NCBI RefSeq assembly: GCF_006345805.1
Contig: NC_043001.1
Coordinates: forward strand, 9,362,001-9,426,000
Direction: 5' to 3'
DNA from: Octopus sinensis
Lineage: Eukaryota
DNA: 64,000 bases
Both the position numbers and the translations under genes were made by a program. The first letter of the stretch is position 1, and the number at the start of each line of letters is the position of its first letter. The notes under the pieces were generated by a model. It was given only the letters and a program-made list of their open reading frames with translations, did not search any database and was not told the DNA's origin. Positions 27,378-41,479 of the stretch are shown piece by piece.

Positions 27378-28098
27378 TATAGTAGTAATAATAATAATAA
27401 TAATAATAATAGTAGTAGTAATAATAATAATAATAATAATAATATAATAATAATAATAGTAGTAGTAATAATAATAATAATAATAATAATAATAGTAGTA
27501 GTAGTAATAATAATAATAGTAGTAATAGTAATAATAATAATAACAATAATAATAATAATAATAATAATATAAGTAGTAGTAGTAATAATAATGATAATAA
27601 TAATAATAGTAGTAAAGACCCCCTTCGGTCATGAATGACCATGGGATTGCACCTAGAAAGTTACCCTCCTAGACACAAGTCCGGGCAAGGTTGTTTATGG
27701 AAGACCAGCAGTCGCCCATGCATACCAGCCTCCCCTCTCCACGCCACCAGTGTTATCCAAGGGAAAGACAAAGGTCGATACAGCTTGGAACCAGTGACGT
27801 CGCAACTCATTTCTACAGCTGAGTGAACTGGAGCAACGTGAAATAAAGTGTTTTGCTCGAGAACACAACAGTAGTAATAGTAATAATAATAATAATAATA
27901 ATAATGATAGTAATAGTAATTATAATAATAATAGTTGTAGTAATAATAATAATAATAATAATAGTAGTAGTAATAATAATGATAATAATAATAATAGTAG
28001 TAGTAATAATAATGATAATAATAATAATAGTAGTAGTAGTAATAATAATAATAATAATTAATAATAATATAATAATAATAATAATAGTAGTAGTAGTA

Positions 28099-28140
<42 letters not shown>

Positions 28141-28146
28141 GTAGTA

Positions 28147-28191
<45 letters not shown>

Positions 28192-28206
28192 GTAGTAGTA
28201 GTAGTA

Positions 28207-28255
<49 letters not shown>
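27206..28255. repeat. (TAA/TAG)n microsatellite split by a SINE
   Basis: Direct inspection. Confidence 0.95.
27616..27870 (-). mobile_element. SINE family D, 5'-truncated
   Basis: Reverse complement of 16210-16467. Confidence 0.85.
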
Positions 28256-28257
<2 letters not shown>

Positions 28258-28395
28258 GCCCTGATGCAGTACCAGGCAGTGGCTCACGTGGCTTCTGATC
28301 TTAACTGATTGGAAGTGTTATCATGTACATTGTTTTGTCTTGGTATAAAAGATGGGCTACAGCAAATATTCTGCTCAATACCACAGATTTGCTTC
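28256..28395 (-). mobile_element. 3' fragment of the element at 4680-5218
   Basis: Near-identical ccaggcagtggc..ccacagatttgctt. Confidence 0.8.
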
Positions 28396-29626
28396 GTACC
28401 ACAGTGACACGTTCATGGTATGCACCCTCGCTCATCAATAATAAGAAGAGTAATAACAATAGTAATAATGATGTATTTATATTTTATTTTCAACTCTTTC
28501 TCTCTCTCTTTCTCCCTCTCTTTCTTTCTTTCTTTCTTTCTTCCTCTCTCTCTCCTCTCAGTTCACTTCCATTGATCTATCTAATATGGATCTTTATCTT
28601 TCCTGCTTTCGGCTCCATCATTTCTCGGTGTCGTCTTTGAATCAATGTTTCACATTAATTCACTGATTTACTTCTCCCGAACAGTTTGTCTCACAGAATA
28701 TATTATTTCGTCCATCTTATTTTTCTCGGGTTTTCTAAATCTTTTCGGCTTTTGTCTGAAATCGTTCAATTATCATTTCTTTTCCTTCCGCTAATTTCAT
28801 GCCTTTCTTTAAATTATATGTTTGCTACTTTCACTTTCTTTTTCCTAGAATTGTACGAATTGTTAGTTTGTATTTCAATTATTTTGGATATATATTTTAT
28901 TGTTTCTTCGTATCTTCTTTGTATATTTTGCAGGGTTGTTTTTGACGGGTGATTTTTATCTATTTCTTTCCAATTATGTTGCTTCCTTTTTCAGTGTTTA
29001 TTTCTGTCTTCTTGTACATCTGATGCAGCCGTTATCGACTTTGGTTTTACATAAATTAGGCGCGTTTCTGCTAGCTAATTTATTTTTCTACAGTTATGTT
29101 AAAATAATGCTTTTCAATGCACCGTTTCTTTGAGACACCGATATTTTTACAATGTTTAAATGAGATTTTGCTATAAAACTCGTTCGTGTCGCATATATTT
29201 ATGTTTGTTTAACGTCTAATTTCATTTTGATGTTTTGTTTGTATCACACACTCAAATATATACATAAATACCCTCATATACACATAAATATATACATATA
29301 TACGTGTATGTACGTATGTACGATGAATGTATATTATACATAAACATATACTACTTTGTACACATATATTTCTATGAATATTTATTCAGACATACTATAT
29401 TATGTATGTGTGAATAGACATAAATCGATGGCTGCCTTCATATACAATATCGCTTGTGACTATTCCATCATCAACATCATCATCATCACTATTGTGGTAT
29501 TCAGGTGTCATTAAGTATTTCCTTTTATACTTCTGATTGATTCGTTGTTAAATGGTTGAATATAATCCCATGCTTGTTTGATTCTCTTTTGTGTTATTGT
29601 AAGAGAGTTTATACACACACACACAA

Positions 29627-29657
<31 letters not shown>

Positions 29658-29940
29658 CACTCATTCACACCACACAAAAATAAATACATACATATGTGTG
29701 TATGTTTGTGTCTGTGTGTATGCGCGTGTTCACACACAAACACACACACACACACATACACACACACATATATATATATATATAATATATATATATATAT
29801 AATATATATATATATACAAATATATTCAAACATCTCTGCATATACGTATATAGCACATATATTACATACCCCTCACACACATACATATGTGTGTATATCT
29901 TGTATATCTGTATGTATGTACATTTATATACATATGTATG

Positions 29941-30027
<87 letters not shown>

Positions 30028-32722
30028 ATATGTATGTATACATACACATATATATATTGCTGTATATATGTATACGCACACTTACATATACATAAATATA
30101 CATAATTTTAGTTACCTTGTTGTGCTTTTATATCACATTACGTTATCAGATGGTTTCATTTTCATCATTATTCAAAAGATGTTTGTATTTGGAGGGAAGT
30201 TTCTCCTTCTCTTTTTCTTTCCTTATTTTTTTCCTTTTTTTAATTTTTTTCTTTTTGTTCTCTCTTTTCTTTCCTAGAAACATTGAATCGTCACTTAACA
30301 TTGATGGCCCCGAGAAAAGCAACGCCAAATAAAGACACCACGCCATACAATATCCTGAGACAGCATCGTATTATTTGCAATAATTTTATTCTTCTCTTAG
30401 TTTCTTCTTTCCTCTTTATGAAAGGAATACAGCTTTCACTTCCAAATTGACATTTCTTTTTCTTCTGGGTATTGACTTATTTTACAAATGTTCTTAGCTT
30501 TTTATTTATTTTGTGTGTGTTTGCGTGTGTGCTGTTATTGCCCGGTGAACCTGGTATTCAATCGGGTTCCAATTCCCTTTGGGACTATAGTAATTTCCTA
30601 TCCCTTACACCGTTAACGTACTTGTAAAAGTTTTGCGGTTCCCTCTTATTTTGTTTCAGAAATCAATAGGACTTCATCACACGTTGTTAGACATTTCTGA
30701 TCAAGATGTCAAGCAATTGACTTCATATGTTCTACTAGGGCATACATAAATGTATTTATCTCTATTGCAAGTTGAAGTTCGATAATAAACTTTCGCCGTT
30801 CTGATATTTTCTATACGCCACAAATAGAAAGAAAGAAATCGATGTTACCTTTTGTAGTTGGAAATAAATTTACAGGTGATTTGCATTGTGCTCGCTGTGT
30901 ATTTTAATTGTTAGCATCTTTCATTGTTTAACTTTACTTTTATTGTTTTCCGCTGATAATTTGATCAGCAATTCTTAGTTACATTGATGAATTAATAGTG
31001 TATAAGATGCGTTAAAACAGAAGATAAACTAATTTTACACGGTGTAATGAAAATTCTAACAGTACAACATTGTACGACTTTAGCACAACATGAATCTACC
31101 AAGACCTGTCAGAGTTAATGATGTTGTGTCACTATAATGAGATCTGCTAGTTCAAAGTGTGTGACTTATTAAGAACAATATAATGGATTTTAATCAGCAA
31201 TAAGGAATTACAATGGACACTAACTGAATATATATCTAGAACGGTGGTGAGATGCTTAAGCATTGTCGAATACAATTTTATATAGAAAGAATATATAAAA
31301 GCTTTATAAATGAAATGGTAAAATTTAATCAAAGCTATCTCATTGTCAGGTCTTACAATATAATATTACAAATAGTATAGTCATTGACATGAGTTGGTGT
31401 GTGTGTGTGGGGGGGAGTGCAATTGTGGTATTTGCGAGCCAATCTCCACGTTGCGTTAAACTATTATCTCCAAGCCTGGCAGAAAGTAGTTAAAACAATT
31501 TTATTCCTTAACGTTATTAGCATCACCAACCAAAATATCAAGAAACAAATGTCAATCAGAAATTTGGCATCCGTTACAGATCAATCATATTTCCGTTCGA
31601 GTTGTTTACGTGGTTTTATAATTGAAATATAAAAAAAAAAGAAAGATATTAACCACTTTCAGGAACCGTTTCTTTTAGGCTCCACATCTGGTATGAAAAA
31701 GAACAACATCAATAATAATAACAATAACAACGCGAAGGGCAAAAAAAAAGAAGAAAATAATAATAATGATGTTAACTGTTTCGAAGAATTTCACTTTAGT
31801 TGTCAATCTTAACGATATTTTCAATAGCATCTGTTCTCGAATGGCTTCGAAAACTTGGAAAACTAATTTGAAGTTTAAGAATCAAACCTTGAGGTGTTTC
31901 TAATTACCTTTTGTCTGAAGCTCGTAGACATATCATTGATGGATGCTTCGAGCTAGAAGGATGTAAATGACTTCTTGATATAGGGAGTTGAATAGAATGT
32001 CTGTCTGTCACAGTCTGTTGATTATAGAAAATAATGGAGAAATTTACGAAAAACGAACACCATATCATTATGCCTTCAATATTGGGAAGAAATATAACGA
32101 GAAAAAAAGGGGGGGAAAACGAAAATGTAATTTTTGTTCTGTAAAGTAAAAACAAAATATCATTTGAAACATGGAAATATAAAAATGGAAAATAAATAAA
32201 TATATAAAGCTAATTTTGTTACGACATTAATGTCCTCTATGATCTGTGTTGAACAAAACAAGAATCTGTATTAGAGATGAATTCAATAATTCATGAGAAG
32301 AAAATAACGAGAGGAACATTGGCGATTGGTCAAGAATAATGGAAAGAGTTGGTGAATGTGATACATTATTGATAACAGAATTTCAGTAATCTTTGCGGCG
32401 TACATACAAAGAAATAATCGAGTTGTCTAAGATGCGATATGAATGAGAGGCTGTGTGGGAGAATGGAATCGGTGACACATCAAATCAGACTGCAATCAAC
32501 ATTTTTAGAATTAGCAATATGTTCAGTTTGCTTTATCCTCGTGGCGTTCTGCTGTGCTAAAATTATCCGCTAAAATCAGCAAATCGTAGGCAGATGATTT
32601 GAGAATATATTGCACTGCACTTTTCTGTGAGGATGCATAGAGTGGAAGATATTTTAATGCATGCCGTTGAAGAGAAAGACAGAGAGACAGGGAGAGAGTA
32701 ATATATATGTATATATATGTGT

Positions 32723-32778
<56 letters not shown>

Positions 32779-32959
32779 AGAGAGAGAGAGAGAGAGAGCA
32801 ACATACACCAGCGGACATGATTGGAAAAGTCCTGGACAGTATGCACTTTGTCAGGTGTTACTGTTCGGTATGTGTGTGTGTGTAGACGTGTATAAGCTTG
32901 CATGTATGAAAATGAATGTATAAATAGTGTATATACGAATGTATGTATATATACACAAG

Positions 32960-33013
<54 letters not shown>

Positions 33014-33407
33014 ATATTATCTGGGCAATTCAAAGCCCTTCTACGGTTATCTGCTACCATATTCCAGCATACAACAGGGACAATCCTTTTACTGGATATA
33101 TATGTGGAATTCCGTGAGCAGTTCTATCAAAACCAGTCATTTTTGTGCTTATATGAAAACAGTTCAAGGTAACATTGCGAAAATAATGTATAACCAAACA
33201 AATGAACTTAATGCTGAGAAAAATAGCAATATTTTCGGCTGTTTCCTTTTTAAACTGTTGAAAAAAGTTCATTACTTGATATTAAAAAGTATGGCTGCTA
33301 AGAAATTGTTAAGCAATATAAAGATGTTCTATCCTATCTATGGTATTCAGCATTATTATTTTGCGTTTGAGAGTAAAATATTTCCGTAGCTGTATATTTT
33401 GATCCAT

Positions 33408-33709
33408 GGAAGCACATAGTTTAGTGGTTAGAGCGGCGGACTCGCGGTGGAGGGATCGCAGGTTCGAAACTCAGACCGGGTGATGTGTGTGTTTATGAGC
33501 GAAACACCTAAGCTCCACGCGGCTCCGGCAGAAGGTAATGGCCGAAATTCTGCTGACTCTTTCGCCACAACTTTCTCTCACTTCTTCCTCCTGCATCTTG
33601 CAGCTCACCTGCGACGGACCGGCGTCCCGTCCGGGTGGGGAACGTATACGCCAAGGAAACCGGGGAACCGGCCCCTAATGAGCCAGGCATGGCTTGAGAA
33701 GAAAGAAAC
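33408..33709 (+). mobile_element. Chimeric SINE: family B head plus the tail shared with 42977-43235
   Basis: 14-bp TSD atattttgat(c/a)cat at 33394-33407 and 33710-33723. Confidence 0.85.
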
Positions 33710-36651
33710 ATATTTTGATACATCTACAAGCTTCTAAAGAAAAGCAAACTTTGTTTACATACATCGTAATTACTTTATGATTATTATTTATATATCGCAC
33801 AGTTAGAAGTTTTCATATACACGTAGGTTCCCTGGTGGTCGCAGATATTACAAGGGAGATAATCAATTCTTCATAAATGAGGCAGGATTAGAAATTTGAT
33901 CTTGAAATTAAGGAATGACGAAAAAAAATATGCATAGAATTCCCACGTTCAGTTTGTTTTTATTTGTTTTTGTTTAATTCGAAGTTCTTATAATTTCTAG
34001 TCAATGTTGGTTTGTTTACCAGCCCGTAACATAGCGGTTCTTCAAATCAAGGCCGATAAAATAAATACTAGAATTAAAATAAGTACTGAAATTTATTTAT
34101 AAGTGCTGAAGTCTAGTTATTCCGCCGAGCCAACTATGCAGTGCTCCAGCATGGCCGCAGTCCAACGACTGAAAAACAAGTGAACAGATCTTTTTTCATA
34201 GATGCTGCCCTCATCGTTAATCCTGGTTTAAATTCTTAATTGAAAAGGCTACCCTTTGTCTGACATCTATTTTAATTCTCACAAGAATTTAGTAAATATT
34301 TCGGTTTATTAAGGCGGTGAATTGGCCGAGTCATTCGAGCAGTGGATCGCATACTTTACAGTATTTACTCCGATTCTCTCAACCTTCTGAGTTCAAGTTC
34401 CGCCGGGGTCACATTTCCCTTTCGTTTTTTCTGGTCGATATTTTAAGCATCGGTTGAGTACGGTTGATTACTAGAACTGCTAGAGTTCGATATCAGTTGA
34501 GGATGGTTAATTATTTGCATTGTTATAGTTCGGACACGATGTTTTGGGCAGTTGCTCCGGATCTTTGTGTACTCAACTCGTTTTACACGAAGAGATTCAG
34601 ATGCCACCTTTGGTCAGGTCATTGCTTCTCACGGATTGAGAGAAGACGTTAAGGAGAACCACAATAAATGGTGACACCGGCATGTTTCTGCAATAAAGCA
34701 GGCCTTCCATAGTTTTTGTATGCTATGTCTTTATGCTGTAGGCACAAGTGATTTGAACTCCAAGAGCAACGAAATGAGGAGTCAAACTCCAAGAGCAACG
34801 ACATGAAGAGTCAAACTCGTGATATTTTCCATACAAATGAAACTCACTCACCAAAAAATGGCTCCAGGTTTTCAGATATCTTGGAAACCTCCGCAACAAC
34901 GAAGAACTGCCGACAAAGCCAGAGCTTTACTTTCCAATTTAAGAAGATTCTTCTGTATTCTTATCAAAGAATTTCACACACTATTTTTATGTCAAACTCC
35001 GCCATATTCCACATTCTCCAATCTCTGCTCATCTTACCCCTCCTCCGCTTCCATCTTCTCCTTATTCTTATCATCATCATCGTCGTCGTCGTCATCATCA
35101 TATATGTCTCATTGTTACAAGTCAATATTGCTACTCACGGCTTTTCCAAAATAGAGGCTGTTTAAAATGTTCTGCCAAAATAAGTATTGTAAATACAATA
35201 AAGATGCATTGTTAGTCTGTATGATATAAATTATATTGAAATGGATTTGGAAATATGAAAAATTACGTTTTATAGCATTTTAAGATAAAGGTTAACGAAA
35301 TGACATAGAAAATAATAAACAATACACAAGCTACGTTTAAATTGACAAAATACCTAAGAAAATTTAATGAAGTACAAGCTGAAGTTAAAGATTAATGATA
35401 CTGAACATAACAAACAATATAGTTTGAATTAGATTTTAGAACATTTTATTTGCAACTATAGCGAATAACTCATTCATCTTCTTACAGCTCTTAGCGTAAC
35501 TGAATGAATAGACAGCGTAACAAGTGTGTAATCTCTCATCGGCGCCATGAAAATAAAAACGAAAATTCTCTCCTCGACACCAAAAGCGTTTTCAGAGTTG
35601 GCGCACCGACTGCATAATATATACACATACATACATATATACATACATGCACACACACGCACACACACTTATGTATATATACAATGCTGTTCCGTTAAGG
35701 TAAGATCAACAAAAAAGTTCTCCATCAAGCGAGAGGTGAATATCATTTCATGTACACTGTATGTATATCGATGTGAGCTACAAATAGTTTCTTGCTATGA
35801 AGACACGTGACTAGGTAGGGTCCTTTTTATAACGCATCTTGCATCTCCAGGCAATTTTCAGGCATTGAGCACATGCCCGGTTCTATTTGAAAATCAGGAC
35901 GCAGGAACATGAGAAACCACGAGAAAATAAAGTGAAAAGGAAAGTCCCACAAAATCTTTCATTCTCCGACTCCTGTACAGTACCGAATCGGTGACTGTAT
36001 CATTGGCCTCCAGCTTCAAATCTCCGAAATTTATTTGGAAAATTGAGATAAACAGTGGCACATCGAATAACCCATCTGGAAAACGCTTAACCACAAGGTT
36101 AATATTATGAATCACCGGGTTCTGTTCATTATCATTTGCTCTACTTTTGCTGCTAGCTGCTATTGTGATGAAATATAAGTTAAGAGGTGTTAGTTTAAGT
36201 ATTAATAAATTCACTACTGTCAAACTAGACCAAATGGTTCTGTTACCTGATTGGTTGGTCTACTTCCTCGTTGATCGATGGTATTGCAGACACTGTAACT
36301 CAGCGCCCTCTGTTGTGACTGGGTTGTTTTCAGAACATAATGCTTAATCACAGTTACGCTTACGGGGATACGGCACGAGAAAAAAAAACATTGAATATCT
36401 TTGCGTATCCAATGCGCTGTTGGGGATTCGAAATTTTGGTTAAGTATAGTATAATTGAATACATTTGCCGTGGAGGCACTTCCTCCAGATTTTCTTGGGG
36501 GCTTTTCTCGCCTGACTAGGACACAATTTAATATTGAATTGAATTTTAAGGCGAGGAACTGGCACAATGGTTACCGTTCTGGGCAAAATGCTGGATGGTA
36601 TTTAGTCCATCTGTGTTCGCATTCCGTCGAGGTTGACTTTGCCAAGGTATA

Positions 36652-36725
36652 TGGCATGGTGGTTAAGAGCGCGGGCTATTGACCCCAAGATTCCGAGTTC
36701 GTTTCCAAGCAGTGACCTGAATATT
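36652..36725 (+). mobile_element. tRNA-like SINE head, degenerate
   Basis: ggcatggtggttaagagcgcggg..gagttcgtttcc, A/B-box-like. Confidence 0.5.
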
Positions 36726-36884
36726 AATAGAAAACAGCACTGCTTGGAACCGTCCGATTACTCTGGAAGGTGCTCGAAAAATAAGAGGTGTTACCTTAGT
36801 TCACTAGTAGTGAACAACTGACACTGCAGTACATCTCCAGCGTTAGAAGATGTGCAAAGGCAATAATAATGATAATGATAATAA

Positions 36885-37066
36885 CATCGAAAAATACCTT
36901 AGGAATGGGAACCTAAGTTCGAAATTTCCCCAAGACACCTGATGAAGGCTGGAGGTATATCGGCCAAAACGTTGTGTTAAGAACAAACAAGATGAGGGCA
37001 AATATCCGTCAAATGTAAATGATGTAAATAATATACATAATTCCTCATCACTTAAATATAGAACTG
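36885..37066 (+). mobile_element. Family H1 HHR element (HHR 36934-36978, G12A)
   Basis: GACAC-CTGATGA-A-GGCTG..CGGCC-AAAAC-GT-T-GTGTT. Confidence 0.8.
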
Positions 37067-37654
37067 TACAAATCCTCCCCCTTTTATGGTCTTGAGCGAA
37101 ATACGTAAATTGTCATGTTTTCAATTGTCAATATGAATATTGGCAGATTTACACAAGTTCGGATCAATCTTTTCCAATCTGGATGTAGATTGAGATATTC
37201 TAAACATAACTAAATATAAACACTGGTCTATTTACCAGAACTGTAACTATACCAGAACTGTAACTATACAATCCTTATACCAGTTCACATGACGCGGCAT
37301 TGAATGCAGGCATTGATGAGCTTTAGTTAGAAAGTTCAAATTCAGTTTGAACTGGGGCAAATGTCTTCCAGCGAATACCAAAATCCATTCACGCACTCAG
37401 CGGAGGCACGCCATAAGCAAGCATACATATTATCAACTATTTACGCCCGCATACACTCACACAAATATATACTCATGCACACACACACACATGTGCACAT
37501 GCACGAAGACACCTACGCATGTATATGTGTGTGTGTGTGTGTATATGTGTGTGTGTATGTGTGTGTGTGTATGTGTGTGTGTGTATGTGTGTGTGTGTAT
37601 GTGTGTGTGTGTTGTGTGTGTGTGTGTGTATGTGTGTGTGTGTGTGTGTGTGTA

Positions 37655-37900
37655 TAAGGCGACGAGCTGGCAGAAACGTTAGCACGCCAGGCGAAATGCT
37701 TAGTGGTATTTCGTCAACCGCTACGTTCTGAGTTCAAACTCCGCCGAGGTCGACTTTGCCTTTCATCCTTTCGAGGTCGATTAAATAAGTACCAGTTACG
37801 CACTGGGGTCGATATACTCGACTTAATCTGTTTGTCTATCCTTGTTTGTCCTCTCTGTGTTTAGCCCCTTGTGGGTAGTAAAGAAATAGGTATTTTGTCA
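37655..37900 (+). mobile_element. SINE family C, single module
   Basis: Reverse complement of the 2461-3070 head plus one module. Confidence 0.9.
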
Positions 37901-38004
37901 ATTATCACCGGTGTTCCTGTAGTTTTAATAAAACATTCTTTGCAGACAACAGTTATCGTTTAAAGAAAATGAAACCAGTGGTATTTCTCTAAAACTGTTC
38001 TCTT

Positions 38005-38035
<31 letters not shown>

Positions 38036-38080
38036 AACATATATATATGTGTGTATACAAATGCATCAATTTTCTCTCTC

Positions 38081-38141
<61 letters not shown>

Positions 38142-38142
<1 letters not shown>

Positions 38143-38368
38143 GGCATGGCTGTGTGGTAAGTAGTTTGCTTCCCAACTACATGGTTCTGGGTTCAGTCCA
38201 ACTGTATGGTACTTTCAGCAAGAGCCTTCTACTATAGAATCGGGCCGACCAAAGCATCGTCAGTGGATTTGGTAGAGAGAAACTGAAAGAAGCCCGTTGT
38301 GTGTATATACATATGTATATATATATATGTGTGTGTATGCGTGTGTGACTTTGCGTCTGTGTTTCTCA
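38142..38368 (+). mobile_element. SINE family A 5' half, interrupted by the tandem array
   Basis: Head, core and TG linker; stops at gtctgtgtttctc where the array begins. Confidence 0.75.
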
Positions 38369-38565
38369 ATATATAAATAAATATGTTCTCTAACCGATAA
38401 ATTAACTGCTGCTAATTATTAGCTGCAGTCTAGTTTTCTCGGGTTCCAACGCGCCAAAGTAAAGGCATTTGAAAGATATATTCAAATGTAATAGGCTGAA
38501 CTCCATGCACGCGATATTTCGGTATCGTGTTTGCATCTAGTCCAGCAAATTACATTTATAACGGA

Positions 38566-38630
38566 CCATGCTGATGATGGCTGCAGTTTTCCTTGCGGTA
38601 AATAACAGCTGAAACTAATTTAGTACATGG
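38566..38630 (+). ncRNA. Type I hammerhead, array unit 1
   Basis: CCATG-CTGATGA-T-GGCTG..CAGCT-GAAAC-TAATTTA-GT-A-CATGG; predicted cleavage after 38625. Confidence 0.8.
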
Positions 38631-39068
38631 GTAATTATTTTATTTCGTATATTTTTCACTTGTTTATTGCTATGGTTTTGTGTTGATTTTGATCTGAGAA
38701 ATAATCTTTTGTGGTGAATGGCGATTTGACGTCTATATCTAGCATGTTGACTGTCCACTTTTCGTGTTCAGTCCTTAATTGGTATATATAAATATTTTAA
38801 TCTTCGGATTCTTTTTTAATATGCTAGACCACTGGTCTTAATTGATAAATATCAATTTCTACCTTAATTAATTTTATATAAATGAATATGTTCTCTAACC
38901 GATAAATTAACTGCTGCTAATTATTAGCTGCAGTCTAGTTTTCTCGGGTTCCAACGCGCCAAGTAAAGGCATTTGAAAGATATATTCAAATGTAATAGGC
39001 TGAACTCCATGCACGCGATATTTCGGTATCGTGTTTGCATCTAGTCCAGCAAATTACATTTATACGGA

Positions 39069-39133
39069 CCATGCTGATGATGGCTGCAGTTTTCCTTGCG
39101 GAAAATAACAGCTGAAACTAATTTAGTACATGG
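39069..39133 (+). ncRNA. Type I hammerhead, array unit 2
   Basis: Same fold; stem II extended by TTTTCC(TTGC)GGAAAA; predicted cleavage after 39128. Confidence 0.85.
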
Positions 39134-39568
39134 GTAATTATTTTATTTCGTATATTTTTCACTTGTTATTGCTATGGTTTTGGTTGAGTTTGATCTGAGA
39201 ACATAATCTTTTGTGGTGAATGGCGATTGACGTCTATATCTAGCATGTTGACTGTCCACTTTTCGTGTTCAGTCATTAATTGGTATATATAAATTTTTAA
39301 TCTTCGGATTCTTTTTTAATATGCTAGACCACTGGTCTTATTGATAATATCAATTTCTACCCTTAATTAATTTTATATAAATAAATATGTTCTCTAACCG
39401 ATAAATTAACTGCTGCTAATTATTAGCTGCAGTCTAGTTTTCTCGGGTTCAAACGCGCCAAAGTAAAGGCATTTGAAAGATATATTCAAATGTAATAGGC
39501 TGAACTCCATGCACGCGATATTTCGGTATCGTGTTTGCATCTAGTCCAGCAAATTACATTATAACGGA

Positions 39569-39633
39569 CCATGCTGATGATGGCTGCAGTTTTCCTTGCG
39601 GAAAATAACAGCTGAAACTAATTTAGTACATGG
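39569..39633 (+). ncRNA. Type I hammerhead, array unit 3
   Basis: Identical to unit 2; predicted cleavage after 39628. Confidence 0.85.
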
Positions 39634-40072
39634 GTATTATTTTATTTCGTATATTTTTCACTTGTTATTGCTATGGTTTTGTGTTGAGTTTGATCTGAGA
39701 ACATAATCTTTTGTGGTGAATGGCGATTTGACGTCTATATCTAGCATGTTGACTGTCCACTTTTCTTGTGTTCAGTCCTTATTGGTATATATAAATATTT
39801 AAATCTTCGGATTCTTTTTTAAAGCTAGACCACTGGTCTTAATTGATAAATATCAATTTCTACCCTTAATTAATTTTATATAAATAAATATGTTCTCTAA
39901 CCGATAAATTAACTGCTGCTATTATTAGCTGCAGTCTAGTTTTCTCGGGTTCCAACGCGCCAAAGTAAAGGCATTTGAAAGATATATTCAAATGTAATAG
40001 GCTGAACTCCATGCACGCGATATTTCGGTATCGTGTTTGCATCTAGTCCAGCAAATACATTATAACAACGGA

Positions 40073-40135
40073 CATGCTGATGATGGCTGCAGTTTTCCTT
40101 GCGGAAAATAACAGCTGAAACTAATTTAGTACATG
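40073..40135 (+). ncRNA. Type I hammerhead, array unit 4
   Basis: Stem I CATG/CATG (one C missing); predicted cleavage after 40131. Confidence 0.8.
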
Positions 40136-40286
40136 GGTAATTATTTTATTTCGTATATTTTTCACTTTTTATTGCTATGGTTTTGTGTTGAGTTTGATCT
40201 GAGAACATAATCTTTCGTGGTGAATGGCGATTTGACGTCTATATCTAGCATGTTGACTGTCCACTTTTCGTGTTCAGTCCTTAATT

Positions 40287-40361
<75 letters not shown>

Positions 40362-40372
40362 TATATATAAAA

Positions 40373-41224
40373 CTCAAGTAATTTAGAATAATTTAATAAG
40401 GGTAGGGTAAATTTGAAGTCTTACAGCCGTTTATGGGATAACCCAAGCGGTTGGTTAGTATATCCACGCACTGGGTATTTCGTCATCAGAGACAAGGTAT
40501 GAATATTTTACACAGGGAAACTTTACAGTTTACAAGGAATAAAATAGAAGAATAAAGAGTAAAGATTGTTAGAAGAATATAGGCAGGAGAATAATGTTCA
40601 CAACTCATCTTTTTCCAGAGGATATGTATTTTGGTCGGTACTTCTATGAAGGAGCAGATTCTTAGTTCAAACCCAAAGTAAATCCTGGCGTTTGTTTGGC
40701 AGGATTTTGAATGATGAGTTCATATTGTAAAGGTGTGTATAGAGCGAGAAAGTAAGATAGACATAAGTTTTGTGAGTGGGTGTATATAGGAGAGAGGGAG
40801 GAGAAAGAGAGAGAGAGAGAGAGCGGAGAAAGGAATAAAATAAGGATAAAAGGGTAAAATAAGAATAAGAATAAAAATAATAATAAAGGTAATGATAGAG
40901 ATATGTTAATATTGCATCGGGTTGAGAGGTCAAATGCTAAAGTTTCAGTAAAGTTGGGGTGGAAGGCCAGTCTAGGTAAGGTTACAAAGGAAAATAGGAT
41001 AGTGGTTAGTACGGATATTCAAAATTATATTTCAAGCTTAATAGCAATCAAATGATAGGAGATAATGGATTAAGAATTAAAGTTAAAACTTAGGATTCAA
41101 ATTAAGAATTAAAAATTAAAACCTAAAGACTACGTACAAGGACTAAAATTATTAAATTGAAAGTAACGAGCTTCTAAGGTACTTATGTTGATAGAGGGGT
41201 AGAAAAGGAAGAAAGCGTATACAC
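40373..41224 (-). mobile_element. PLE pseudo-LTR, left arm of a large inverted repeat (degenerate HHR 40418-40493)
   Basis: Reverse complement of 42301-43443; GTCT-CTGATGA..TAAAC-GGCT-GT-A-AGAC. Confidence 0.7.
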
Positions 41225-41479
41225 ACACGCATAGATACATACATACACACTCATATATATATATATATATGTTTACATACACATATATACACGTACATAC
41301 ATATACACACATACACGTAAACATATACACTCACACATATATACACACATAAATGCACATTTATACATACATATACAAACACGTATGCATATATATATAT
41401 ATATATATATATATTGAACGACAAATGATGGGTGTGTTTTGCGTGTTGAATTTGATTGCATGTGGACCTATGGAAGAAT

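Larger units (their letters stand above)
38370..40292 (+). mobile_element. Tandem array of about 502-bp units (about 3.8 copies), each with a hammerhead: retrozyme-like element
   Basis: Unit marker atatgttctctaacc at 38381, 38886, 39385 and 39888; units differ mostly by small indels; no ORF; ends in (TA)n. Confidence 0.85.

Noticed and set aside
34803-35165. ORFs at 34.8-35.2 kb as a gene
   Set aside because: They run into (CAT/CGT)n repeats; the minus strand has only a faint LINE-like EYRR motif with stops.
38640-39060. Second, antisense ribozyme in the 502-bp unit (CCGAAGA on the minus strand)
   Set aside because: No matching stems or GAAA/UH geometry; no evidence for a viroid-like ambisense pair.
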